64,000 nucleotides of DNA from an uncultured virus (IMG/VR IMGVR_UViG_3300006114_000006). Taxonomy: Duplodnaviria; Heunggongvirae; Uroviricota; Caudoviricetes. This document shows, one piece after another, positions 47,709-58,900 of this stretch. Both the position numbers and the translations under genes were made by a program. Every line of letters starts with the position of its first letter. The stretch's first letter is position 1. The notes below the pieces were generated by a model, which did no database searches, had not been told where the DNA came from, and saw only the letters and a list, made by a program, of their open reading frames with translations. The stretch is taken from IMG/VR virus record IMGVR_UViG_3300006114_000006. One strand, given 5' to 3'.

Positions 47709-48704
47709 TTATTGTACGGTTATAACGCAGTCGTCTGATCCTGACCAATATTGAAAACCACAACTTACTGTGATAGTGTCACCTGGAACAAGATGTGTTG
47801 CAATTAAACGAACAGTTCCTACACCGTTGACTGTTTGTACTTGTTGTTTATTCAAGTGACCTGCCGTAGTTTTTAAATATATAGTTGCATTGTGATCCGT
47901 TATAGGCAATCCATGCTCAGAGCTTGTTTTTGCTGGGGGATTTAAATCGGTAGGAGTTCCTAAGTAAAACGGTAAATCGACATAGCCGTCTGGGCTGACA
48001 GTAGCAGTCTTATTTGTAAAATAAACTTTTGGCATAGTATATACGATTCTGCCAAGCTCGTCGGTGATTACATTTGTGAATTGTTCGCCTGACGATATTC
48101 TTACTAGGCCAGGATCGCTATCGCCCAACGCAACCATCATGTTCCAATCTGATGGATTCATTTCTGCAAACGGAATAGAAATTAAAATCATAGGACTATT
48201 CTTTTGCAAAGACATTGCCCTAACTGGATTTTTCTTATGTAGTTGTGAATTGGCTACTAAATTGTATAATGGGATACCTGTTCTTGTATTCAAAGCAGTT
48301 TGTTGAACGTATCTTACATTTAAATTTCTTACAGTAACTTGGTCAGCTGGGTGAGTGATTGCAAAAATAGCATGATCTGAAAATCCCTCATTGTTGGTAA
48401 TATCTGTCCAATTTATTTCTCCAGAAATTCCTGCTGTTACACCAGGATAGACTCCTGAAGTTTGACTATAAACTCTATGTGTTTCTGTTTCCCATGCAAA
48501 TTCGTCAGCAGGGCTTGGATATCTAACTCCGGCTACTTTTCTAGCAGTAACGGTATTATCTGCTAAACTAGCCCATTCCAACTGCAATTCTGATTTTTTA
48601 TAGGCATCAAATACTGTCCACTGAAATCCAGTGTCAGTAAATTTTATATCTAGTGCTATCAACTGCGAATGTTGAAACTGTATTAAATTTTGAGTTAAAT
48701 TCAT
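47709..48704 (-). CDS. Hypothetical protein with C-terminal Ig-like (Big-1/invasin-like) beta domain
   Basis: 'ATIYLKTTAGHL...VQTVNGVGTVRL....PGDTITV'; AAGGA SD; TAAATA at 48732-48737. Confidence 0.6.
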   Translation of the reverse strand: MNLTQNLIQFQHSQLIALDIKFTDTGFQWTVFDAYKKSELQLEWASLADNTVTARKVAGVRYPSPADEFAWETETHRVYSQTSGVYPGVTAGISGEINWTDITNNEGFSDHAIFAITHPADQVTVRNLNVRYVQQTALNTRTGIPLYNLVANSQLHKKNPVRAMSLQKNSPMILISIPFAEMNPSDWNMMVALGDSDPGLVRISSGEQFTNVITDELGRIVYTMPKVYFTNKTATVSPDGYVDLPFYLGTPTDLNPPAKTSSEHGLPITDHNATIYLKTTAGHLNKQQVQTVNGVGTVRLIATHLVPGDTITVSCGFQYWSGSDDCVITVQ

Positions 48705-48717
48705 GATCTGCTATTCC

Positions 48718-50184
48718 TTATTCCTGTTCAGTATTTATCAAGGAACTCTTACCGTAAACTTCGACATTGTCGATTACAGCAACTTTTTCACTGACAATCT
48801 TAATAGGTATTATTTTTTTCTTTTCTTCTTCGTGTTTGAATACACCGCCCCAGATATCTTGGCGCTCTAATGGTAATCCTTTGCCCTTAATATGGTAAGG
48901 AACATAACCACCTGTTATTTTTTCAATACTTGCGGCAAACAATGGTACGTTATCGCTATAGGCGTTATTGCAACTTGTAGTCCAGAATTCATCTGAAAGG
49001 AACATACATGCACCTTTACAAATATGCAACACTGGACAACTTGGACATTCTGCACGATTACTCCAGTGTGTACTAGTAGTAATTTTTACGTCCTCGATCT
49101 CAGTAATCTTACCACCTAAGTGAGGTTCTCCGTTTTTGTTAATTTCGATAGCACTGACATTTTGGCAAGTAATTACATTGCCGTTTAAATCAAATGCAAC
49201 GGTTCTTTCGTCATCCATGCCGCATTTTTGACCTAAATAGTCTGCTTGCTGATGGGTCAATACTGATTCTGTGAAATTATCAACTTTTTGTAATATGTTG
49301 CCAAAGCCGATTTCACCGTTAGATCCGTAAATTTCTCCGAACGCGATTTTTCTAAATTCGAAATGATCTTGTTTAGTTTGTAAACTGTGTTGTAGGCCAT
49401 CGGCATCATATGCATCTACAAAGGTACCTTCACCTAAACTAACATTGGGATCATTTGTAAAATTAATAAAATAATCAAATATAGCTTTACGACTAAGATT
49501 TTGTCTGTTTAACATTGAGTTAAAACTGATGCGATTTAAAGGACGCAAAATCTGGTATAAATCTAAAATAATTTCACGTTTCTTAGGATCTGCAAATGGA
49601 TCTGGTCCGCGTACATGTTGTCCTGGCCCGTCATGACTGATAGCTACATGGAATTCCATACTGTATAGCCAAGCACAGATTTCTTCTGTTAAAATACTAC
49701 CATTAGTAATAATACTAAAAACTGGTTTCTTTCTCCAATCTTTAAAAAATTCTGCTACTGCTTCGGCCAGGGGTTTTAATGTCTTCCAGTAAACTAAAGG
49801 TTCACCTCCCCAAAATTCAACTCGTAAACCGTCTTCTTCGTTAAACTCTAAAGTCTTAAACATTTCCATAAAATTTTCAATGTCTTTAGCATTAGTTTCA
49901 CGTGGGCGTTCCACAAATTTTTGACTGCAATAATCACAACTATAATTACAACTTAATCCTAGTTGAATTTTTACGTGATTAGTACTGCGAGATTTAATTA
50001 AAGGACGATCTTTATCAAATGGTTTGTATGGTACTCGATTTTCAAAATTATTTGCATAAGCATCGGGATACTCATAGACGAATCCTGTTTCATCGCTTAA
50101 GACATTTTTTTCGTTGTCATAGAAGAACGTTCTTAGATCAGGTGGGTTTGATCCAAACTTTTCTGTCAGTATTTCAAAAATCAT
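48718..50184 (-). CDS. Radical SAM enzyme with SPASM domain (peptide/protein maturase type)
   Basis: CNYSCDYC (CX3CX2C), FWGGEPL, ITNG, ISHDG; SPASM C-X13-G-X4-C...CX2CX5CX3C-X11-C. Confidence 0.93.
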   Translation of the reverse strand: MIFEILTEKFGSNPPDLRTFFYDNEKNVLSDETGFVYEYPDAYANNFENRVPYKPFDKDRPLIKSRSTNHVKIQLGLSCNYSCDYCSQKFVERPRETNAKDIENFMEMFKTLEFNEEDGLRVEFWGGEPLVYWKTLKPLAEAVAEFFKDWRKKPVFSIITNGSILTEEICAWLYSMEFHVAISHDGPGQHVRGPDPFADPKKREIILDLYQILRPLNRISFNSMLNRQNLSRKAIFDYFINFTNDPNVSLGEGTFVDAYDADGLQHSLQTKQDHFEFRKIAFGEIYGSNGEIGFGNILQKVDNFTESVLTHQQADYLGQKCGMDDERTVAFDLNGNVITCQNVSAIEINKNGEPHLGGKITEIEDVKITTSTHWSNRAECPSCPVLHICKGACMFLSDEFWTTSCNNAYSDNVPLFAASIEKITGGYVPYHIKGKGLPLERQDIWGGVFKHEEEKKKIIPIKIVSEKVAVIDNVEVYGKSSLINTEQE

Positions 50185-50202
50185 AAGATTCCTTGTGGTA
50201 TA

Positions 50203-50604
50203 TTAGCAGTTACAGTTACAGTTACAATTACAGTTACAATTACAGTTATAATATACGTTGGTATTAATGTTACAGTTGTAAGTGCAGTTGCAATTACAGT
50301 TGTTTTGTAACCAGTTTTGACCATCGCAATTTGTGCAATTGATGTTATTACAATTATAACAGTTTGTACAGCAAATGTTACCACAATTACAATTATTTGG
50401 ACAATTTCCGTTGTTGCAATTACCCTTGTTATTTGAACGATAGTATGCTCTGTTACGCATTTCGTTCATAGTTGGGTAACTATCACGTTGTCCTGGAATT
50501 ACATATCCATTAAGATTACTCAAATTGCTGTATGGACTGCTGTTAGGCAGTCCAATTTCGCCGTCAATTTGACTAATATAAATAGGACTTGAAGGAGTTG
50601 TCAT
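50203..50604 (-). CDS. Cys/Asn-rich protein, putative radical-SAM substrate / tail-tip protein
   Basis: 21 Cys in residues 63-133, ending (NC)7; AAGGA SD; starts 3 nt after the tail fibre stop. Confidence 0.85.
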   Translation of the reverse strand: MTTPSSPIYISQIDGEIGLPNSSPYSNLSNLNGYVIPGQRDSYPTMNEMRNRAYYRSNNKGNCNNGNCPNNCNCGNICCTNCYNCNNINCTNCDGQNWLQNNCNCNCTYNCNINTNVYYNCNCNCNCNCNCNC

Positions 50605-50607
50605 CGT

Positions 50608-52578
50608 TTATTCCTTGTTAATCTGTGCTTTTAATTCTTTAACTTGGCTTGACAATTCCTTAACTGCTTCAATCACTAATGGTAATAACTTTTCGTACTG
50701 AACTGTCATGTACTTAGCGTCGATTGGAGCTGGTTTGATAATTTCTGGCAGGATTGCATTAACTTCTTGAGCAGAAACTCCAACTTCACGTTGAACAGTA
50801 TATCCCAAATCCTGAGCAGTTTGGTTAGCTTCAAAGTAAAAACCATTTAATGTTTCTAACTTAGCAAGAGCATCTTCAATTTTGCCCAAACGTGTCTTTA
50901 ATCTGTCATCTGAGTAGTAAGCAACAATGTTGTTTGCCGCATAAATTGTACCACCACCACCGTTAGTGTTAGTACCAACGCCTAGCGAACTAAAATAACC
51001 ATATGTACTACCAGCATTCATTGTACCGCCGCCAGTTAAGTTAAACGCTGTTACGCTATTCATTGTGAAAGTTGTAATACCGTTAAAAGTAACTGTACCA
51101 CCAGACTGTCCAACTGTAAAGTTAGTGTTGCTGATTGTAGCAGTACCACCGCTAGCACCAATGTTAACTGCTGAACTTGCTCCAGTAAACAAGTTACCTG
51201 TACCAGCGTTGGTTGCAATGTTAACAGTACCAGTAGCTTGACCGTTGGTCAATAAGTTAAAGTTAACGTTGCTACCACTTTGAATACCAAATGTATTAGA
51301 AGTATTGATATACAACCCTTCTGAACTAACCCAAGCTGGGTTACCGCCACCGCTTGTTGGACCTAATGTACTGCTTGCCCATTGTAATGTGTGATTACTA
51401 GTTCCATATAATAATATGCCGCCGCCGTTGGCAAATGTATCAGCACTACCTGGAGTAATAGCTGTAATTGTACCAGCTACAGGAGTTGTGCCGCCTGTTA
51501 CTGTTACCTGAATACTAGTTCCACTTACAATGTTGCTTATTACATAACTTGTACCGCCGCCGCCTAAACTACCTGTACCGTTAGTTGCACTAACAGCTTG
51601 ACCGTTTACCAAGTTGGTAGTGTTGGGCATACCGGTAATAGTTGCAATCCAAGGACTGTAGTTAACGTTGCTTACAGTGAATGTTAAGTTGTTAGGACTA
51701 TTAGTACCACCAAGTAAGTTACCACCAATAGTAATTGTATCATTGATTGCATAGTTACTTCCTGGATTAACCAATGTAATTGTAGTTACACCAGTATAAG
51801 TTGTACCTGACCCAGTTGTAGTGATGTTAAAAGTTGCACCCGATCCGCTACCACTTGTAGCAAATTGTCCAACACCACTGTATGTACCTGCACCAGTTAC
51901 TTTTGTACCAGTAATACTTGTAAATGTTGTACTACCGCCTAACGCACCACCGATAGTTGTAACAGTACCGCCACCATAAGTAACTGGATTAACATATCCA
52001 ATTTCAATATTTTTATCTTCTGTACGTACTGAACTAGAGTTAAGAACAACTGTTCCGCCTTTTACTAACAATTGATTGTTAATAGTAGTTGTACCAGTGC
52101 TAGAACCAATATTGATACTAGTTGCCGCGCCTGCAAAGTTAACTGTCTGAGTATTTGTATTGTAGATATTGGTGGTACCAGTATTGGTACTAATCAAATC
52201 AGCTGAAAAAGTTCCGTTAATACCAAATTGATTACCGCCTGGGAATGTAATTATACTATAGTTAGTACCATCAGATCCAATAATACAACTAGATCCTGCT
52301 GGCATGGCCAATAAGTTTGTACTAGAACCACCTGGTCCGTTAAACACCGGAGAACTAGGACTACCAGCAATATATCCGCTAGGAGCAGAAAGTGTAACAA
52401 CACCACTAGTGTTGTTAAAATAACTTTGCGACTGTCCTAAAAATAATGTTGGTCCTGGGATAACCACCGTGTACGGTGCAGATCCTTGAAATTCTGTGTA
52501 ACCACCTTGTGCAGGTGTTAACAGAGTTTGTGCTCCGGAAACAATTTCTGTTGCCAGCGATGTATTATAACGTGCCAT
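50608..52578 (-). CDS. Tail fibre with C-terminal intramolecular chaperone (peptidase S74)
   Basis: YSDDRLK...ALAKLETLNG...GVSAQEV...PE...V.YEKLLPLVIEAVKEL. Confidence 0.88.
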   Translation of the reverse strand: MARYNTSLATEIVSGAQTLLTPAQGGYTEFQGSAPYTVVIPGPTLFLGQSQSYFNNTSGVVTLSAPSGYIAGSPSSPVFNGPGGSSTNLLAMPAGSSCIIGSDGTNYSIITFPGGNQFGINGTFSADLISTNTGTTNIYNTNTQTVNFAGAATSINIGSSTGTTTINNQLLVKGGTVVLNSSSVRTEDKNIEIGYVNPVTYGGGTVTTIGGALGGSTTFTSITGTKVTGAGTYSGVGQFATSGSGSGATFNITTTGSGTTYTGVTTITLVNPGSNYAINDTITIGGNLLGGTNSPNNLTFTVSNVNYSPWIATITGMPNTTNLVNGQAVSATNGTGSLGGGGTSYVISNIVSGTSIQVTVTGGTTPVAGTITAITPGSADTFANGGGILLYGTSNHTLQWASSTLGPTSGGGNPAWVSSEGLYINTSNTFGIQSGSNVNFNLLTNGQATGTVNIATNAGTGNLFTGASSAVNIGASGGTATISNTNFTVGQSGGTVTFNGITTFTMNSVTAFNLTGGGTMNAGSTYGYFSSLGVGTNTNGGGGTIYAANNIVAYYSDDRLKTRLGKIEDALAKLETLNGFYFEANQTAQDLGYTVQREVGVSAQEVNAILPEIIKPAPIDAKYMTVQYEKLLPLVIEAVKELSSQVKELKAQINKE

Positions 52579-52600
52579 GTTTTATTCTCTCTTATACTAA

Positions 52601-52939
52601 TTATGATGTCGATGTTTCAATTCCGTAAACGTTAACGTTTACACCAGCAACGCTTGAGCTAGCAACAATGTTTGCACCAGCTGCCATTACAATTCCTGTA
52701 CGTTCAAACACACCATAACCAACTACTGTTGTTAAGTATTCATATGCTTCACTGGCAACCTGAGATGCCGCAGTACTTGCACCTATATATAATCTAATAG
52801 TTGCCGCAGAAGCTGTAGTGTTTGTAAATGAAATGTTATAAACACCGTAGTAACCGGTTGGTACTGTATAGATTAACGAATAAGTAGACTGTGTACCTGC
52901 GTTCAATTGTGTCGTTGCTTTATTTCCTGATCCTGCCAT
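52601..52939 (-). CDS. Small virion structural protein
   Basis: IYTVP...N......IRL...ERTGIV...VYGIE; GGAGA SD. Confidence 0.7.
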   Translation of the reverse strand: MAGSGNKATTQLNAGTQSTYSLIYTVPTGYYGVYNISFTNTTASAATIRLYIGASTAASQVASEAYEYLTTVVGYGVFERTGIVMAAGANIVASSSVAGVNVNVYGIETSTS

Positions 52940-52959
52940 GTTATTTCTCCGTTTTTATT

Positions 52960-55900
52960 TTATCTTGATAAGAAGAATACGGTAGCTACAGGAGCACCGT
53001 CAATTCCGCCTGTGAACAGCATCTTACTGCTAACATAAATTTGATTACCATTTAGGTTACTAATAGTATTACCAGCTATGTATATCTGTCCTGCCGTTAG
53101 TGTATTTACGTTCAAACTACTTGATCCGCCACCAATTTGGGCTGTGATGTAAGATTTAATAGCTTTTTGTGTTGGTAAAATATTGTCACTATTAGCAGTA
53201 AAGTACGGATCTGTACTAAATTGCGTAATCGTTGCACTATTTACACCTAAACTTACTGAACCTAGTGTCAAACTCTGTAATCCAGCTAAGTTAAATGCGT
53301 TGGCATTCAATGTAGCTGTACCAGTCGCTTGTTGAACTCCAAACAAGTTACCAACGTTAAAGTTACCGTCTTGGTCAGTTGATGTAAAGAATACGCGACC
53401 ACCAATATTTGGATATGTTTGGTTAGCCTGAATTGCATTTGCATCAGTAACGTTTGGATAGTTAGTTTGTGTTTGGTTACCTGAGCCAACATACAAGAAG
53501 TCATGTCCAGTTAAACGTGTTTGACTGTATTTCAATCTTGTAGTAATCAATGCACCGTTCGGTGGAGCAAGATAAGTTGTTAGACTTGGACTTACTTGGA
53601 ATGTAGCAGTATAGTTACCTGCTTGTCCTAATTGATTACTTGTAGCAACTAGTTTGTACCATGCGTTAGAAATACTGCTGAACTGTACGTTAGCACCTGC
53701 GGCAGGTAATGCATATAAATTAGCAACGTTAATAAATGCTGTATTCTGGTAGATATCAGCATATCCATCGCCAGTAATACTTGCTGTTGCTGTTGCATTT
53801 CCAGCACCACGACATGGGAAACTTGGGTTACCTAACACACCATCACCTGTACGTACACGAGTTGGTGCTTTGTTAACTTGGTTAGGATCGGTAATAGTTA
53901 ATGTTGGTCCTGTTGTATATTGCATACCAGTTGGAGTACTTGTTGTTAATGTAACACTAGTACCAATTGTTGCCAATGCAGATGAAGTTGCAACTTGGAA
54001 TGTAGTAGATTGAATTGTTGATCCAATTACATAGTAAGTTGTTTGTGTGCTTAATCCGCCAGAGCTTACAGTATTGAATTCAATTGGTTGTAGATTATAC
54101 ATGTTTTCTGTTTGATCTACAGTAATTAAATTCAATGGTCCAACTGTACCAGCTACTGATATGCTACTTGCAGTACCTGCATTAAATGGACTACCATAAT
54201 AAGTTGAACTGATAGTTAGTGTTGTACCTGAACTTGTTACTTGTACATAATAAGTTGTGTTTGCAACTACGTTACCAAACCCAGTAGCAAATGTAATTGG
54301 TTGGCCAATTGTTAAATTGGTTGCACCGATTGTAATTGAATTTCCAGATACGGCTGTTACGGTAACTGTTGTACCAGCAACATACGTAGTTCCAGTAACA
54401 ACACCTTTAGCAAATCCACTGCCTGGTTCAATCATACGTATTTCAGTTAAAGCACCACTAGCTACTTTTGTACGTGCCAACGGTGTTGCACCGGTATGAA
54501 TACTTGCCGCTACTGTACCAGATTGGTTACTTGCGGTTACCCATAGTGGTGTGTAACCAGTTGTTGTAACTAATGGATTACCAAATGATGGAGTGATCCA
54601 ACTTGCGTATGTTGGCAATGTTTGCTGTGTCCAGTTGATACCGTCCCAACTTGTTGCCGCGATGTTTGTACCAATTGTACTTGTCCATGCACCTGTGTCA
54701 TTAACTAATGTAATTACTGGAGATAAAGTACTACTTGCACTTACAGTAATCTGATTGCCTGCAATACTAGCAATATAGTATGTATTACCTGAAATCAAGT
54801 TACCAAATAATGAACCTGCTTGTGCAGTCCAAGATCCGCCAGCGTTAGTAACTACCGCATTGGTTCCACCATAAATTGTACTTACTGATATTAGTGTACT
54901 TCCAACAATTTCAGTAATGAAATATGTCGAGCCGGATGTTAATCCACCAAATGTTGCACCTTCAGTTACTGACCATGATCCATTTCCGTTTGTTACAGTT
55001 AAGTTAGAACCGCCATAAGTTGTACTTACAGTGATTGTACCGTTTACACCCGGAGTTGGAATGCTTGTAACGTAGTATGTTGTACCGCTTGTAATACTAC
55101 CAAAAGCGGCACCTGCTACAAATGTCCATACACCTGTACCGTTAGCAATAGTTACCGATGAACCATTGTATACTGTACTAATTGTAATATTACTGCCTGC
55201 TACACTAGTGATATAGAATGTAGTACTAGCTGTTAAATTACCGCCGCCTAATGTCGCACCAGCTGTTACGCTAACACTTTGACCAGTAGTTGTTACTAAA
55301 GTCAAATCACTTGTGGCACCATACACAGTACCTACAGCAAGCTGGTTAGTACTAATAGTTTTAGTAATATAATATGTGTTACCTGAAATCAAGTTACCTA
55401 CGTTAGTAGCAACTGTAAATGTTTCACCAATTAACATACCGCTGTTAGAGTTAACAGTGATAATGTTTAATGTACCTGTAATACTTGTACTAGTTTGTGT
55501 AAATCCTGAACTTGTACTTACGTTCCAAGTACTACCGTTACCACTACCAGATATATTTGATATAATATATGTTCCAGCAGGAATACTACCACCTGAAATA
55601 ACAGCTCCTGGAGTGATTGTACCTGCACTCAAAGTACCAACAGTTAATATACTGTTAGTAATACTAGAACTTGATAATGTAAATGATCCGTTAGTTGTAG
55701 CAGTTAATGTAGTTGTTTGACTAACTGCTGTGAACACAATAGTTTCACCTTGTACTAAACCAGTAGTTGAGTTCAATGTAATTGTGTTACCAGTACTAGA
55801 TGTAGAAGTAATATTACCAGTTTGGGTCACTGCTGTAAACACGACTGGAGCACCTACCGCCATACCAACAGTTGTACCAACTGTTAACAAGTTACCAGTA

Positions 55901-58900
55901 GCGGCTGTTGTAGTCAATGTTGTGCTAACAATATTACTCGTAAACACTATTGGTTCGCCCACTGACATACCGGCTGTGTTTCCAACTGTAATTGTATTTT
56001 GTGTACCAGTGATTGCACCAGCTGCCGCTGTTTGACTTGGAGTAATTGTCCAGCTTTGTCCGCCAATTGTCTGAGCACTTGAAATAGTTAATGCACTAGT
56101 ATTCAATGTGTATGTACCAGTTCCGCCTGCTGTATAGAAGTTATAAGTACCAGTAGCATTTGACCCAGCAATAGTTGCCGCCGCGCCTCCTGCGACTCCC
56201 ACGGCTAATGGAACTGTTGTACTACCAGGAACATATGAACTTGCTACTACTGTTCCTGATGGGATGCCTGTACCAATAATTAATTGGCCTGCTACGATAC
56301 CTGTTCCAGTATTAACAACAAAAGAACTTGCACCAATAGTACCACCAGATGCCCAACTTGGACTTGCTACTGCACTTGCAGAGCTTGTATTTTGATATGC
56401 AATATAAGCAGTCAATCCGCCTGTTATTGTTGTAGATGGAACTAATGAGCCAGTGTTAGCTACCCATGCATTACCGGTTACAGTAACACTGGTTACTAAA
56501 CTAGTAGTGCTAATAAAGTATTGTCCAGCAGTACCAGGAATATAACCGTTGTATGTTCCGCCACCGATTGTTGCATATAATGGCTGACTTAATGTAATTG
56601 TTGTGTTGGTTGCAACTGAAACAGCAACTACATAAGTGTTATAGAACAAACTACCGCCAGTAATTAATTGTCCTACAGCGAATCCAGTCGATGAACCAGA
56701 TATTACTAGTGTAGTAGTACCAATTGTTCCGCTTACTCCTGTACCTGTACCTACCGCACTACTTGTAGTACTGATTTGTCCAGTAATATATGTACCAGCG
56801 GTAATTGTACCAGTACCGCCTGTACTAGCCAATACCATACCTGGTATTAATGTATTATTGTTGATAGTACCAGTTGTTGTAAGTACATATGGTGTGCCTG
56901 TCAATGCAGTTGAACTAACTACTGTTGCTACGCTGACAATCCACTGACCGGTTGAGCTAGTTGGAGTTGTTGATGAACCGTATGGTGCAACAATAGTTGT
57001 GCCAGCTGTAACACCTGTACCACTTAGAATATAACCTGGTTGAATACCAACACCGCTTGGTGTTGAAGACACAGTTAAAATACCTTGTCCGTTAACTATA
57101 GAAACACTACCGTTGAATGTAACTACTGTGCTTGGAGATGCTGTTCCAGTAATTGTGCTACCTGAAGTAGTTGGATTTGAAACAATATAAGTAGCACCAG
57201 TAGTTATATTTGTACCGCTCAACTGACTACCTGTTGTAATTACACCAGTAGTTGTACCTGCTGGTACAAATACACCAGTTTGTACACCACTTGGATAGTA
57301 CGTGTTCCAAATGTATGAACTTGTAGTGTTAAATTGTGCGCCAGTTAATGCCATTCCAGGTTGTACACTATAAGCACTGGTTGTACCAGTACCAGTAACT
57401 GTACCGCCAATGGTCAATATAGATCCTGCAATCGTTGACGATGTTGAATTAAATGTATTGCTACCAGTAATGTAAGTTCCTGATGTCACATTTGAACCAG
57501 TCAAATACATACCTAGTGCAAACGGACCTAAACCAACTGGTGCAGTTAATGTTGTACCTGCGTTGCCTGCAATACCGTTAGAAATAAACGATGTTGACAA
57601 TCCAATTGCTGTTGCATTAATTGTCTGACTAGCCACTGTAGTTTCAGTCACTGCTGTTGGAACAATAGTATTTCCTACGTTCAAACCGGCTGTACTGCTT
57701 AATGTAATCAAGTTACCACTTGAAGTAGTAGCTGTCATTGTAGGAGTTGGTCCTGTTGCTGTTGCAAAGAACTGTCCTTCTCCGTATGAGATTCCCCAGT
57801 TTTGTGCTAATGGTAAGTATGTACCGTTATTTGCTACACTTGAGTACCAAGTTACACCACCGTTGTTGCTGTATGCAACAATATTGCTACCTGCGGCTAC
57901 TGCAACAAAACGTCCGTTACCATAAGTTACGCTAGACCAGTTAGCAACTGACGGTAATGCACCACCAGTAGTCCATGTTAAACCGTTAGTACTGTAAGCT
58001 GTTGATGTACTGTTAGTTGCGATAGCTACAAACATACCTGTAGTTGTTGCACTAGATCCTGGTCCAGTCCAGCCAAATGCCACAGATGTAAACGCTTGTG
58101 TTGCACCGCTTGGAGCTGTTCTGCCAGTCCATGTAACACCGTCTGGACTAGATGTAATAATAGCACTGGCATTAGATGTTGTTCCAGTGTAACCAACTGC
58201 AACATAAATTCCGTTACCATAAGTTAAACTGTTAAATCCAGCGGATGGAAGTGCGTTACCAGAAGTCCAAGATGATCCTAAATTAGCTACTGTACTATAA
58301 GCTGTTGCTGTAGTTGTTGTAGAAATTGCAACAAATTTAGCACTAGTATCTAATATTGTAATAGTAGGAGTTGCAGTATAACCGTAACCAATGTTAGTAA
58401 TTGTGTAACTGCTGACACCGTAATCTGTCAATGTTGGAGTTGCAGTTGCGGCAGTACCTACGAATGTCAATGACACACCATATGTTCCTGCAGATCCTGT
58501 ACCTGTTGTAAACGTTGGAGCAGTTGATGAAAATGTTCCGCTCGATGTTGCTAGGTAATAGTTTGTAGCTTGAGTTGCACCACTATAATAGTAATAGTAT
58601 GAGCCACTTGTTGCACTCGAACTTCCACTCCAAACAGTTCCACTAAATGGAGCACTGATTGTTACGCTAACGTTTCCGCTATTGAAATAATTTTTACCCC
58701 AAGTGATAGGAGTAATCGCAGTAATAGCACTAGTTACAACTGTTACAGTCGGTGCTGAAGTATATCCAGAACCATTAACTGTAATAATAACTGATTGAAT
58801 TACTCCGTTAAGAACAACTGCTGTTCCTTGGGCACCGGTACCGCCACCACCTGTAAACAATAATGATGGAGCAGTATTATAGTTGTAACCGCCGTTAATT

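Noticed and set aside
50206..50250. Hexamer repeat as a phase-variable microsatellite or CRISPR-like array
   Set aside because: Units vary only at synonymous positions; no spacers; explained by (Asn-Cys)7 coding
50181..50384. Alternative-frame ORF (VIVTVIVTVTV) over the Cys/Asn gene
   Set aside because: Shadow of the AAC-TGT repeat; no SD; the 50203..50604 frame has an SD and wobble-position variation
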